From: a virus
Lineage: Duplodnaviria; Caudoviricetes
DNA: 64,000 bases
IMG/VR virus record: IMGVR_UViG_3300038393_002374
Span: 7,874-71,873 of that record
Direction: 5' to 3' (one strand)
A program made the translations under genes and the position numbers. How positions within the stretch are numbered: position 1 is the first letter of the stretch; the number at the start of each line of letters is the position of its first letter. Of this stretch, positions 46,267-56,470 are shown in pieces. The notes beneath the pieces are model-generated. The model worked only from the letters and a program-made list of their open reading frames with translations, searched no databases and was not told the origin of the DNA.

Positions 46267-46761
46267 ATGACGGACGACGATCTGCTTGCGACCTGCATCG
46301 CCGACGAGGCCGGCGGGGAGCCCTACGAGGGCAAGGCGGCGGTAGCCATCGTGCTCCGCAACCGCATGGTGCTCCGCTACCAGAGTGACGGCACGGTTCC
46401 CGGCACGGTGCTGAGGAAGGACCAGTTCTCGGGCTTCTGGTTCGAAATGATCAACGGCGTCTACACCCGCGTCTGCCACACGCCCGAGGACGCCCAGGCG
46501 CGCGCCGAGGAGAAGTTCGCCCGGTACTCGGCGCAGTCGATCTGGGCCGACTGCAAGCGCGCCATCGTCGATGCCCGGATTTGGGGTGCGCAACAGAGCG
46601 GCCAGCACGATGCCGTTCTCAGTTTCACCCCTGGGCCGGCCTTCGCGGGCCTGACCCCATCGACTGTCCTCTACTTGAATCCCAGGATCAGTCGCGCCCC
46701 ATGGGCCACGCCTGACAAGCAGGACGCGGTGATCTTCAACCACGTCTTCTTCCATGCCTGA
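46267..46761 (+). CDS. Endolysin, SleB/Hydrolase_2 cell wall hydrolase
   Basis: 'LATCI..EA.GE..EGK.AVA.V..NR', 'QFS', 'I.NH.F'. Confidence 0.8.
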   Translation: MTDDDLLATCIADEAGGEPYEGKAAVAIVLRNRMVLRYQSDGTVPGTVLRKDQFSGFWFEMINGVYTRVCHTPEDAQARAEEKFARYSAQSIWADCKRAIVDARIWGAQQSGQHDAVLSFTPGPAFAGLTPSTVLYLNPRISRAPWATPDKQDAVIFNHVFFHA

Positions 46762-46838
46762 GACAATCTGCTTTATTTCTTTCATTTGAACCTTGGCCGA
46801 TCTTGGGGCACAGTGGCCGCTCAACTCGGGAACCCCAC

Positions 46839-47318
46839 ATGTCCACCTTCTCCAAGACGATCCACAACGTCGAATCCCTGCTTGCCGGTCAGAGCACCTT
46901 CAGCGAGGTGATGGCCGACGAGGGCGCGATGATCCAGGCGAACATCGCCGATCTCCCGCCGGCCCTCCAGGGCGCGACCAATCTCATGTACGAGGCCTTC
47001 AAGGCCGGCGTCTCGTCGCTGGTGGGCTTCGGCCAGACGGCGCTGGGTCCGATCCTGTCGGAATCGTCCGACGATCAGGCGACCCAGATCGCCAACCTGC
47101 TCTCCCTGATGGGGGTCAAGACCGTGGGTCCCTTCACCGCCGCGGAGCACGCGGCCCTGGTGGCGGCGATCAACTACCTGAAGACCGGCCTGGACCGCAT
47201 CGGCCTGAAGATCACCACTTCCGGCGTCCACACCGCCAGTGCGCAGAACTCGGTCACGACCGGGAAGGTCGGGACGGTGACCGGGGTGGCTACGACCGTC
47301 GTGAACGCCCCCCAGTAG
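46839..47318 (+). CDS. Hypothetical protein
   Basis: GC3 bias. Confidence 0.6.
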   Translation: MSTFSKTIHNVESLLAGQSTFSEVMADEGAMIQANIADLPPALQGATNLMYEAFKAGVSSLVGFGQTALGPILSESSDDQATQIANLLSLMGVKTVGPFTAAEHAALVAAINYLKTGLDRIGLKITTSGVHTASAQNSVTTGKVGTVTGVATTVVNAPQ

Positions 47319-47373
47319 CGGCTCCTCGATCAAGGACGGTTCTGGTGAAAATCCTGAGCTGGCTGAGGAGCCG

Positions 47374-47856
47374 ATGACGCACGAGTTGCACGTCCATCAT
47401 CACTTCCACCGTGAGGGGCAACCGCCGCCCTCCTTCGATGCGGACATCCTGGCGGCGATCAAAGGACTGAGAGAACAGATGAGCAAGCTGCAGGACGCCC
47501 TGGCCGCCAACGGTCAGGCCGAGGGTCAACTGGCCGATGCGGTCAACACCCTGATCGCCGACTTCCTGGCCGAGCTGGCCGCCGAGCCGCAGAAGATCGC
47601 CGACGCGGTCTCCAAGACCCTCGCCGATGCGGGCGCGAGCGACGAGCAGGCCGCCGCTGCGGTGGACGCCGCCACGGCCCAGACCCAGGCCCTCCTGGCC
47701 AAGGTCCAGGCCGCGCTGGACCCGAGCCACAACGTCGGAGCCGGGACTGACACCACCACGGCCACGGTCGCCGAGACGACCCAGGACGCCGGCGCCGACG
47801 AACCCGCCGCTCCGGCCACCACGGCCGAGGACGGGTCCCAGACCCAGGTCTCGTGA
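47374..47856 (+). CDS. Hypothetical Ala-rich helical protein
   Basis: GAGGAG RBS. Confidence 0.6.
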   Translation: MTHELHVHHHFHREGQPPPSFDADILAAIKGLREQMSKLQDALAANGQAEGQLADAVNTLIADFLAELAAEPQKIADAVSKTLADAGASDEQAAAAVDAATAQTQALLAKVQAALDPSHNVGAGTDTTTATVAETTQDAGADEPAAPATTAEDGSQTQVS

Positions 47857-47985
47857 TCATTCCCCTTCGAGGGACGGAGGGGCCGGGGGTCGCGCGCGAG
47901 CGCGGCCCCTTCTTCATGGAGGAGCCCATGAGTTTCATCGCCCGCAAGGCGGCGTTCGTCGCCGGCTTCGTCTGGGGCCTGATCC

Positions 47986-48399
47986 ATGGATAGGATCATC
48001 ACCCTGCTGTGCGCCCTGGTCCTGGCGGCCGGTGCCATGGCCGCCTGGGACCGGCATCCGCCGCTCTCGCTGCCCGTGCTGCCGTTCTGGCATGTCGCCC
48101 TGCCGCCCAGCCTCGCTCAGCAGCGCGACGACGCCCTGGCCGCAATGGGGCGCGCCCGCAACGAACAGGTGACCTGTCTGGCCTCCCTGGGCCAACAGAA
48201 CGCGGAGATCGAGTCGCTCAGCCGATACGGCGACGAGATCACAGCCAAGAGCGCAGAGGCCCTCGCCAGGGCCGCGGATGAGAACGAGCGCCTGCGCGCC
48301 GCCAGTGTTCACGTCGCCCAGTGGCGTCCCCAGGACGGCCAGGATCGATGCGCGGCCTGGGACAGCGCGGACGCCGCCATCACGGAGGCCCTGAAGTGA
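47986..48399 (+). CDS. Inner-membrane spanin (Rz-like)
   Basis: N-terminal TM, coiled coil. Confidence 0.65.
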   Translation: MDRIITLLCALVLAAGAMAAWDRHPPLSLPVLPFWHVALPPSLAQQRDDALAAMGRARNEQVTCLASLGQQNAEIESLSRYGDEITAKSAEALARAADENERLRAASVHVAQWRPQDGQDRCAAWDSADAAITEALK

Positions 48400-48683
48400 A
48401 GCTCATCGTCCTGTTCCTCGCCGCCGGCCTCCTGACGGCCTGCGCGGGACCCCAGAAGCCCGAGACCCACGTGGTCTACCAGACGGTCGACAGACCCGTC
48501 CCGGTGTCCTGCGTGCCGTCCGGTCTTAAACCGAAGCCGGAAGGCCTACTCACCAGGGAGCAGGCCGAGCAGATGGATGGACCCCAGCGCTACGTGGCCA
48601 TCGTGGCCGACTGGGCTCTCCGCGTCGCCCGCATGAACGACACCGAGCCGGTCATCGAGGCCTGCCGCTCTGTCCTGAGATAG
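48396..48683 (+). CDS. Outer-membrane spanin (Rz1-like lipoprotein)
   Basis: Lipobox LTAC, Pro-rich, C-terminal Cys. Confidence 0.7.
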   Translation: MKLIVLFLAAGLLTACAGPQKPETHVVYQTVDRPVPVSCVPSGLKPKPEGLLTREQAEQMDGPQRYVAIVADWALRVARMNDTEPVIEACRSVLR

Positions 48684-48710
48684 CGCGTCCCAGTCCTTCG
48701 CGCTCCACCT

Positions 48711-48740
48711 GGGCCCCGGTTCACGCCGGGGCCCTTTTTC
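48711..48740 (+). terminator. Rho-independent terminator ending the late operon
   Basis: GGGCCCCGG/CCGGGGCCC stem plus TTTTT at the convergence point. Confidence 0.85.
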
Positions 48741-48743
48741 GTT

Positions 48744-48962
48744 TCAGGGGCGCTTGGCCCTGATCTCCTCCGGTGTCAGCACACGCGGGTCGTCGTGGTC
48801 CAGGCTCTCGATGATGGGGTGATCCATGCGGTGTCGAGCCCTGGCGGCCGAGTAGCGGACGTTCAGGGTCGCGGCCTGCTCGGCGTCGCAGAAAGGGACG
48901 TCTGGCAGCGGCTTCAGCCCCAGGCGCTTCTCCTCCTCGGGATCGTAGATGCGCGCACCCAT
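48744..48962 (-). CDS. Hypothetical protein
   Basis: TGATG coupling to thyX. Confidence 0.55.
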   Translation of the reverse strand: MGARIYDPEEEKRLGLKPLPDVPFCDAEQAATLNVRYSAARARHRMDHPIIESLDHDDPRVLTPEEIRAKRP

Positions 48963-49852
48963 CAGGCGTACTCCGGCGGAAGTGGGGCCATGGCCTCGCC
49001 CGGCAGCATCTTGCGGTACTGCCGCCAGCCGGTGAGGTTGCCATGCTGATCCCAATTCCGCCATTGTTCATAGGGAATGGTGCTGGGTTCGTCAGGTGTC
49101 GCCTGATGCTCGGCCGGACTGGCATGGACCGGGCTGGCCGCCAGGAGCTTGTCATACAGCTCCAGGTCCTCCTCGACCGTGGAGGCCCTCCCGGTCTTGA
49201 ACGACAGCCGCGAGACGCGGGCGCAGCGGGCGACCGAGACCTTGATCGGGTTGGCGTAATTGTGGCCATCTGCCTGCATGTCGAGGCGGTTGATGTACGG
49301 TCCATCGACGAATGGCAGATGCCATTCGCCCGGCCGCAGAAGGTTCGGATGGCTGGCGCGATAGACCTGCCACATGACCTCGGCCAGGACCCTGATTTCC
49401 GGTTGGGCCTCCTCGTCGAGGCGCAGGCCGAAGAAGTTCATGAACTCGGTCGCGGTCACCACCACGTTGATGTGCTGGTAGGGCATCAGCACCCGATTCA
49501 CGAACTGCTTGTGGGCCTCGACTGCGGCCATGGCCCTGGCGGCGCCGAGGGCCGCCTGCATCCCGTTGTTCCAGGCCCGCTTGGCCACGGCCAGGGCGCT
49601 CCCGGTCAGTTCCTCCCTGGCGCTCATGCCGGGGATGTTGCGGCCCCAGTGGGTCGGGTAGACCGGATCGCGCTCCACGTCCTCGATCATGGCCTTCACC
49701 GGGATGGCCCGCGCCGAGGAGGCGTTGCGGCTGAAGACCCTGTGGGTCAGCAGCTCGTCGTGGATGAAGCGCGGGTAGCGGAGCTGGAAGGTGGTCAGGC
49801 GGTCGCACCGCGGACTGATGCTGTCCAGGACGACGCTGGCGGTGATGGTCAT
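48962..49852 (-). CDS. thyX: FAD-dependent thymidylate synthase
   Basis: 'RFIHDELLTHRVFSRNASSARAIP', 'AQPEI', 'ARCARVS', 'HASPAEHQA'. Confidence 0.85.
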   Translation of the reverse strand: MTITASVVLDSISPRCDRLTTFQLRYPRFIHDELLTHRVFSRNASSARAIPVKAMIEDVERDPVYPTHWGRNIPGMSAREELTGSALAVAKRAWNNGMQAALGAARAMAAVEAHKQFVNRVLMPYQHINVVVTATEFMNFFGLRLDEEAQPEIRVLAEVMWQVYRASHPNLLRPGEWHLPFVDGPYINRLDMQADGHNYANPIKVSVARCARVSRLSFKTGRASTVEEDLELYDKLLAASPVHASPAEHQATPDEPSTIPYEQWRNWDQHGNLTGWRQYRKMLPGEAMAPLPPEYA

Positions 49853-50122
49853 TCAGTCATGCTCCGCGGTCAGGAGATCGATGTCGTTGGCGAGCGCCAC
49901 CAGCTTCGGGAAGAGCCTCTCGTAGAGCCTGAGGCGCTCGCGGTCGGAGGCCTTCTCAAGCCGGCCGGAGACTTCCTCGTAGGTGGTGAACCGGTGGCTG
50001 CACTGTGAGCACTCCCGGCGCCGCCGGACGCTGCCGTCCACGTCCTGCCGGGAATCCTTGACATTGGTCCGGGCGTCGCACTTCGGGCAGGCGAAGCCAT
50101 TGGCCGAGGCGGGACCGGCCAC
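49853..50122 (-). CDS. NrdR-like zinc-ribbon protein
   Basis: 'CPKC...VKDSR.....VRRRREC..C.HRFTTYE'; no ATP cone. Confidence 0.7.
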   Translation of the reverse strand: MAGPASANGFACPKCDARTNVKDSRQDVDGSVRRRRECSQCSHRFTTYEEVSGRLEKASDRERLRLYERLFPKLVALANDIDLLTAEHD

Positions 50123-50409
50123 TAGGACGACCGGGCCACGATGGCATCCAAGGTCCGCGTCCTGACCTTCAGGTCCTCGGCCCACTGCCGGCAGAGGTCG
50201 CGCACGCCGGCCGGATAAGCGTCGCCGCCCTCGGCGATCTCGGCGCAGACGTCCATCAGCGCCGCCGCGGCGTCGGATACGTCAGTCCGGATGTGATCCC
50301 TGGCCAGGGCCCTGGCCTCGGCCTGCAGGCGGCGGATGCGTTCGCCCACCGTCTCCGGCTTCTTAATAGGGATGCCGAGGTGATCGATGCGGATGGGATC
50401 GGCGCTCAT
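50122..50409 (-). CDS. Hypothetical protein
   Basis: Coupled overlaps. Confidence 0.55.
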   Translation of the reverse strand: MSADPIRIDHLGIPIKKPETVGERIRRLQAEARALARDHIRTDVSDAAAALMDVCAEIAEGGDAYPAGVRDLCRQWAEDLKVRTRTLDAIVARSS

Positions 50410-50819
50410 GCGGCGGCCACGTACTTGTTGGCCTCGGGCGTGGCGTCCAGGAAGGCCTGGGCGGTGATCGCGCCCCCGTCGAAGAGGTCGTAGATCGTCC
50501 AGACCGAGGGCCCCAGGACGCGGCCGGAGACGGCTGGTCGATTCTCCAGCCAGTAGACGGTCTTACCATGCATCCGGGCCCACTCGATCTCGCGGGTGGT
50601 GCTCTCGCCGTAGTAGCCGTCCACGTTGAGGACCACGATGGCGTCGGAGTGGTTGATCTTGTCCTGGTGGACCAGATCGAAGCGGCGCTTCTCCTCCTCG
50701 GAGGCGTCTCCCTCCATGCGGCAGATCGTGTAGACCGTGTGCCCGGCCTTGGTCAGGATGACGTCCCAGTCCCGGAACGCCTGCCCAAACCGCGTCGAGC
50801 CGCAGAGCGTGATCTTCAT
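50406..50819 (-). CDS. Nucleoside 2-deoxyribosyltransferase-like (DUF4406-like) protein
   Basis: 'ITLCGS.RF...H..KI..SDAI.V.N.DGY.GEST..EI..A'. Confidence 0.65.
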   Translation of the reverse strand: MKITLCGSTRFGQAFRDWDVILTKAGHTVYTICRMEGDASEEEKRRFDLVHQDKINHSDAIVVLNVDGYYGESTTREIEWARMHGKTVYWLENRPAVSGRVLGPSVWTIYDLFDGGAITAQAFLDATPEANKYVAAA

Positions 50820-50999
50820 ATCTTTCCCTTTTCCTGATCGATGCGGTCCCAGACGTCCCACCAGTCTCCGACAGCTCGTGCCGGACGGCGCCCATCGGCG
50901 TCGAACACCGAGATGAATCGTGAGGCCTTCCGCCTGATCTGCGACGTATGGACCAGATGGCCCATTCCATCGTCGCCTTTGATGATGATCAGCGCCACG

Positions 51000-51764
51000 T
51001 CACGGTCCCTGCAACGCGTCCCAGAAGCGCCGGCCCAGGGCCACGTGGCCCGCGGCGGTGTAGTGCAGGCTGTCGGGCTGCAGCGGCAGGTCCTTGGTTG
51101 TGAAGCCCGGCGAATTGGCCGGGTCATCGGTGGAAACGTCCCATTGCGCCAGCCGCACGGTCTGCACGTAGGTGGTCAGCGGCGCATTGATGCGGCCGAC
51201 GCCCACCCTGTTCACCGACCAGCCCACGGTGGGGTCCCGGACGTGGGCCAGGAAGTCCCGCAGGTTGGTGTTGTAGTTGTCGGCCGCGGTCTGGTCGGTT
51301 GCGTCCTGCTCGCCCTGCATCCACATGCAGAAGTCGTAGGCCGTGAAGGCGTACTGGCCGCCGGCCAGCGCCGCCATGGCCGCCTGGGTGGTGTCGTGGG
51401 CGGTCTTGAACAATTCCGCCGTGCTCTCCGGCGACCAGTCCAGGACGCCCACGCCGTCATTCCTGGCGAGGCCCGTGGAGCCCTTCACACAGCCGGCCTT
51501 GACGATCCAGAGCGAGTCGCTCGACGACACGTTCTTGGACTTCCATTGGTTGGCGAACTCCACCTCCGGACCCCAGACGCCGGGGTTGGCCAGCGTGCCG
51601 GTGTTGGAGCCGGGCAGCATGTAGTTCCAGGCGTCCGGGACGCCGTCGCCGTTGGTGTCGCACCAAATCTGGACGCGGGCGTCGGGCGTGTAGGGCGCCG
51701 GGCCGGTGTTCAGGAAGCCGAGGGCGTTGGACTGTCCCGCGACGATCACGCGCATCATGGCCAT
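51000..51764 (-). CDS. SASA/sialate O-acetylesterase-like (SGNH) protein
   Basis: 'AGQSNA', 'GPE', 'WMQGEQDA', 'DSLHY'. Confidence 0.75.
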   Translation of the reverse strand: MAMMRVIVAGQSNALGFLNTGPAPYTPDARVQIWCDTNGDGVPDAWNYMLPGSNTGTLANPGVWGPEVEFANQWKSKNVSSSDSLWIVKAGCVKGSTGLARNDGVGVLDWSPESTAELFKTAHDTTQAAMAALAGGQYAFTAYDFCMWMQGEQDATDQTAADNYNTNLRDFLAHVRDPTVGWSVNRVGVGRINAPLTTYVQTVRLAQWDVSTDDPANSPGFTTKDLPLQPDSLHYTAAGHVALGRRFWDALQGP

Positions 51765-54642
51765 CAGGCGATCTCCCTGGCGTCCTGGTCGATCTCATCC
51801 TCGACCAGCGAGGTGTCGCCGTCGTCCAGGGGCGCGAACAGCGAGATACAGTAGCCGACGCGGTGACCGCTGGACATGACGGCGGGACGCTCGCGCAGCG
51901 CCACGGCCCGGTCACAGGCGTCGATGGGGCAGACGCCATGGCTCCAGACGTCGACCCTCTCCACGAAGTAGATCGCGCCCTGGGTGACGTCATGGCGCGT
52001 CACATGACCCATGGACTTCCAGGTCCGGACGCAGCGCACGCACATGCCGGGACCGATGGGCTTGGCCATCAGTGACCTCCGCCGAGGATCAGCGCGGCGC
52101 CCAGGGTGAACAGGGCCACGGCCCAGGTGAAGTCCATCAATGCCCGCATGTCAGCCTCCTCCGATTGCGCAGCCATGCTGCACCATAGCGAGACAAAAAG
52201 AAAGTGCTTTCCTACGTGACCGGTCGCCGCGCCTCTTCGGAGACGCACACCCAGGCCCCGCACCGGAAGTCCAGGTGGCCGTTCATCACAGCCGCGCAAG
52301 TGTCCCCGTGCATCGGTTCGCCGGGACACTCGGTCGGCAACTCCGCCTCGACGCCCTTGCAGACGACGCAGAAGGCCAAGCCGCCGTTGCAGTAGCAGCA
52401 GGGCAACCCGCCATCCTCATGATCGCCGGGACAGCGGTAGAGCCTGTGTCCTGGGAACCTGACGATCTCAGCAGTCATTGACCTGCAGCTCCGCGCCATG
52501 ACGCGCCACCTCGGCGGCGAATCGTTCCTCGTAGTGCTCGGCGATGAGCCCTGCGCCGTGACTGACCACGATCTCATGGCCACAGTCCGGGCACTCCCAG
52601 AGGTCCGAATTCCAGAGCTTGTAGGGCGTCCAGGCGTCCGGGCAGCGCAGGCCGCGCACGTTCTCGTCGCGCTCGACGCGGACGGCGCCGCCGTGGGGCT
52701 TGCCCTCGATCCAGGCGAAGCCGTTCTGCTTGGGCCGATAGAAGCACCGGCACTTCACGCACACGGGTTTCGGCATCATCTCCCTCCCTTCAGCTCCACG
52801 GCCCTTCCGCCGCCGTTGTGGATCAGCCAGCGCCGGCCGCCCTTCCTGGCCTTCAGGATGACGTCGCGCATGGCCTCGACCGTCAGCGACTTGCCCTGAT
52901 TCCGGCCACCACCGGTCACGATGACAACCTCGTCGTCGGGCTGCTCGATCCGGACGCCGCGCGACACGCGCCGGGGTTCAGGCTTGCGCTTCGGCACGTT
53001 GCGCCTCTCTCCTGGCGAGGTAGTCACAACGAGCCTTGGCCAGGGACAGGCCGTCCGGGGTCCTAGGGTAAGCGCTGTCGCCGGTCGAGTGCGTCCCGCT
53101 GGGCGCAGGACGGTAGACCGCGTAGCAGGGCTCGCCGGTCATGGTCTTGTCGCGCGCCACCCAGTAGGCGCCGTTCTCGTGCATGATGTCGGCTTCCCTC
53201 ATGCCGCCTCCTTCCGTTCCTCGACCTTCGCCGCCTTCGCCTTGGGCTCGACCTTGAGCAGCGCGCCCAGGCCCTGCCGCCGCATCCGCTTCTTCAGCAG
53301 CTCCGCGGGGTCGGGCCGTCCGGCCGCCCGGTCCTCGGCGATGATCCGGTCCAGTTCCAGGCACAGCTCCGTCAGCGCGATCTTGCCGATGGGGTCGCCC
53401 TTCAGGTGCCGGCTCCGCCGCCACGCGAGGAGCTGGAGCATCAGGGGCGCGCCCCGCTTCAGCATCCGGTTGTTCCAGGCCCGCTTGTGCTCGGCGCAGC
53501 AGAACACCGCCAGGACATGGGCGGGCTCGTGCTGGACGCCGCACTCGGGGCAGATTTCCTTGGCCATTGACTTCTCCTTCCGTGAATCAGTCTTAGACCG
53601 ATGCGCGGAGGGCGTCAATCACTTTCTTTCTTTTGTTCGGCGAGGTGCAGGTCCACGAGGGCCTCCAGCTCGGCCAGCATGATCCTGAGGTCCTGGACGC
53701 TCTCCCGCGCCCGATAGGCCGCCAAGCCCTCGCCCCTCCCGAGGGAGAGCGCCTGGGCGACCAAGTCCAGCCGCGCCTTGATCACGTCGGCCTGATGCAT
53801 GGCGCGCGAGATCGTGGTGCGCGCCTTGCCCAGGTTCGACGACAGGTAGTCCTCCCGGCTCACGACGTCGCCGCCTCCCGCAGATGCACCTTGCCGTCAT
53901 CGGCGAGGTAGGGGTTTTGGGGCGGAATGAGTGCGCTGGTCCAGCGACCCGCTTGGCGGTCCTTCCAGAAGGCGACGCCTGAGTAGGTGAGTTGGATCAC
54001 GCTGCCTTCTCCTGGTACGGAATGATCAGGTAGCTGACCTCCGGCTCGCGCCAGCCCATCCGGACGATCTCGATCTCGACGCCCTGGGCCATGATCCGGC
54101 CGTTGGCCTGATGGCCGGCGGCGCGGATCGCATCGATCTCGGCGTTGGCGCGCTCGATCATGTGGTTGTGGGCGGCGAAGCTCATGCCAATGCCCCTCTC
54201 TGATTGATCCGGTCATTGAGTCCCCGGCGGAATTCCTTCAGGATGAAATGTCCAGGTGTCGGGAACCAATTCCAACCGGGATATTCAGTGTCTGGATTCG
54301 ATCTGATCACCCTCAAGGCGTTGGCCATTGCACGGAGGCCAACCGGCCTTCCCTCTGGGGTTTTGAAGTAGCGCGGATATGGACTGCGATCATTAATCAT
54401 CAGAACAGCTCCCGTTGTGGGTTTTCCTGGGGCTCTATGAGGAACTCCTCGGGCCGATCCTGCTCAGCGGCGAAAGCCGCATCAAAGGCGGCATCTGCGG
54501 CCTTCTTGGCTTCAAGAGCGCGACCAAATTCCACCTGGGACAACTGTCCCGAGCGCCAAAGCGCGGCCCTTTCTTGATAGGCCTCATAGGCGGTATTATG
54601 AGCTTCTCTCGCTCCTTCGTACTCCTGCGAGGGCATTCCCAA
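51764..54642 (-). CDS. Cluster of about 11 small early genes, several Cys-rich (e.g. 51764-52069, 52212-52478, 52468-52779, 52776-53027, 52978-53202, 53199-53567, 53615-53863, 53997-54185, 54182-54400, 54400-54642)
   Basis: Chained overlaps and RBSs; no function recognised. Confidence 0.55.
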
Positions 54643-54736
54643 AAGTCTCCTTCCGAGTCACAAGATAGCGTCTCTGGAAGAAAAAGAAAGTGATTTCTCG
54701 TCCAGGCCGGACGATTATTTTTGGGACTTATATAGT

Positions 54737-54880
54737 TCACTCCCCCAAGTCCTTTTTGGCCTTGCGTTGAGCGCGCTCGATCTGCTTCCGCATCTTCTCC
54801 GCAGCGAGGCCCTTGTCCTTCGGGCGGTAGGCGAGAACACGGTCAACGATCCCGTCGAGGGCTTTCAAAATCTCGGTCAT
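54737..54880 (-). CDS. Small basic ORF downstream of the transposase
   Basis: MTEILKALDGIVDRVLAYRPK..., ATGA overlap, stop inside TIR. Confidence 0.5.
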   Translation of the reverse strand: MTEILKALDGIVDRVLAYRPKDKGLAAEKMRKQIERAQRKAKKDLGE

Positions 54881-55794
54881 GCGATCAAGTCCTTGTAGGT
54901 GAGGCGCGGGCCAGTGGCGGCGAACAGGAGGCTGGCGAGACGGTCCAGCGTGTGACGCTCAACCCGTCCATCGTTCAGGCGGAACGTGAACTCGCTCACA
55001 TAGCGGTCCAGATGCTTCGGGCTGGCGTGGTGGTAGACACCATGGATGCCGCGCTTCATGACCGCCCAGACGCTCTCGATCCCGTTCGTGTGAACGTCGT
55101 CGCGGACATACTCGCCCTTGCCGTGGTTGATGCTCTCGTGGGTGTAGAACAGCCCGTCGAGCCCGAGGTATCCGCCGTGTTCGTCGGTATGGAGCGTCGA
55201 GCCGACTTCCACATGCCCGTGGACGGCCTTGTGAAGGGTGTTGGCGGAAGTGTTAGGGATGACCCCAGCCTTGGTCCTGCCGCCCTTCTCGCGCATCCCG
55301 AGGACCGCCGTCTTGCCGACCGCGCCGCGACCGGCGTTGAGTTTCTTGCCCTTGTGCTTGTTGGCTTCCTTGCCGCCGACATACATCTCGTCGATCTCGA
55401 CGAAGCCGCTCAACACGGTCGGATCGTTGCCGCAGGCTTCGCGGAGCCGTTGGAGCATGAACCACGCCGATTTCTGGGTCACGCCGATCTGCTTGGCGAG
55501 TTGAAGGCTGCTGATCCCCTTGCGGGCCGTGACCAGCAGATACATGGCGTAGACCCACTTATGGAGCGGGATGTGGGACCGCTCGAAGATCGTGCCGGTG
55601 CGAACGGTGAAGTCCGTCTTACAGGCGTTACAGCGATAGAAGCCGTCCTTGCGGGTCGTGATCCGCTTGGCCTCGGCACAGGCGGGGCAGACGGCCCCGT
55701 CCGGCCAACGCTTGCCCTCCATATAGACCCGCGCGGCCTCCGCGTCGGGGAACAGCTTGAACAGTTCAAAGGTGGAGATGGTGGACCTGCTCAT
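54877..55794 (-). CDS. IS1595-family (ISXO2-like) transposase
   Basis: CPAC..CNAC zinc ribbon, HTH, 'VEIDE', 'HTDE', 'HTNGIESVW', 'YVSEF.FR.N'. Confidence 0.92.
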   Translation of the reverse strand: MSRSTISTFELFKLFPDAEAARVYMEGKRWPDGAVCPACAEAKRITTRKDGFYRCNACKTDFTVRTGTIFERSHIPLHKWVYAMYLLVTARKGISSLQLAKQIGVTQKSAWFMLQRLREACGNDPTVLSGFVEIDEMYVGGKEANKHKGKKLNAGRGAVGKTAVLGMREKGGRTKAGVIPNTSANTLHKAVHGHVEVGSTLHTDEHGGYLGLDGLFYTHESINHGKGEYVRDDVHTNGIESVWAVMKRGIHGVYHHASPKHLDRYVSEFTFRLNDGRVERHTLDRLASLLFAATGPRLTYKDLIA

Positions 55795-56006
55795 AGGCTC
55801 AACGACAGAAAGCCGTCAGCCCTCACCCCACAAATCGCCAGACCACGACCACGCCGCTCGCCGTCGTTGACCGTGCGTTGAATCCAGCCCTCGGCATCCT
55901 TGGCAGTGAGAAAGTCGGCACGGAGTGTCTTTTGCTCCGTGTGGCCATAGTCCTCAACTACCGCGAACCGCGCGTATTGAGGGAACTCGGGATCATAGCC
56001 GCTCAT
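55791..56006 (-). CDS. IS passenger protein
   Basis: GGAGG RBS, ATGA overlaps. Confidence 0.6.
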   Translation of the reverse strand: MSGYDPEFPQYARFAVVEDYGHTEQKTLRADFLTAKDAEGWIQRTVNDGERRGRGLAICGVRADGFLSLSL

Positions 56007-56197
56007 TGGGCGGCCTCCACGTAGGCGTAATCCTCGTAGACCCCGTTCCACTTCATGGCCGCCCGAGCCGCTCCCATTTCGGTCTTGTAGACCTTCGCCT
56101 TGAGGGTATTGAGCCGATGCGGCGTGCCGAACTGGCCGTGGACGCAGAGGTAGGACGGCTGGGCCATATTTTCGGTTTTATGCGCGACCTTGAACAT
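56003..56197 (-). CDS. IS passenger protein
   Basis: AAGGAG RBS downstream of promoter TTGACT-17-TATATA that overlaps the right TIR. Confidence 0.6.
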   Translation of the reverse strand: MFKVAHKTENMAQPSYLCVHGQFGTPHRLNTLKAKVYKTEMGAARAAMKWNGVYEDYAYVEAAQ

Positions 56198-56284
56198 CTC
56201 TATCTCCTTGTTTGCGTGGCCGTTTCCGACCTGACAAGTAGATATATACCCTCATTTTCCGAGGGAGTCAAATATATAAATCCC

Positions 56285-56470
56285 TTATTTTTCGTCGAGC
56301 ACCGCGTCCACGAGGTCGTCCATCAGGACGCGGGCGACGATGGCCGCCAGGAGCTGCTCGCGGCGCGCCCCGTAGCGCTCGGCATGCCGCTGGAGGGTCT
56401 CGGACAGGCGACCCTCCAGGTGTTCGTTGAGATCGATGTGTCCGCCCGTGATGAAGTGGTGGCGACTCAC
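56285..56470 (-). CDS. Hypothetical protein (ribbon-helix-helix-like)
   Basis: Stop codon lies in the TSD; GTGA overlap upstream. Confidence 0.5.
   Translation of the reverse strand: MSRHHFITGGHIDLNEHLEGRLSETLQRHAERYGARREQLLAAIVARVLMDDLVDAVLDEK

Larger units (their letters stand above)
54723..56284 (-). mobile_element. IS1595-family insertion sequence with passenger genes
   Basis: 23-bp imperfect TIRs (GGGACTTATATAGTTCACTCCCC / GGGATTTATATATTTGACTCCCT); 8-bp TSD TTATTTTT at 54715-54722 and 56285-56292. Confidence 0.9.
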
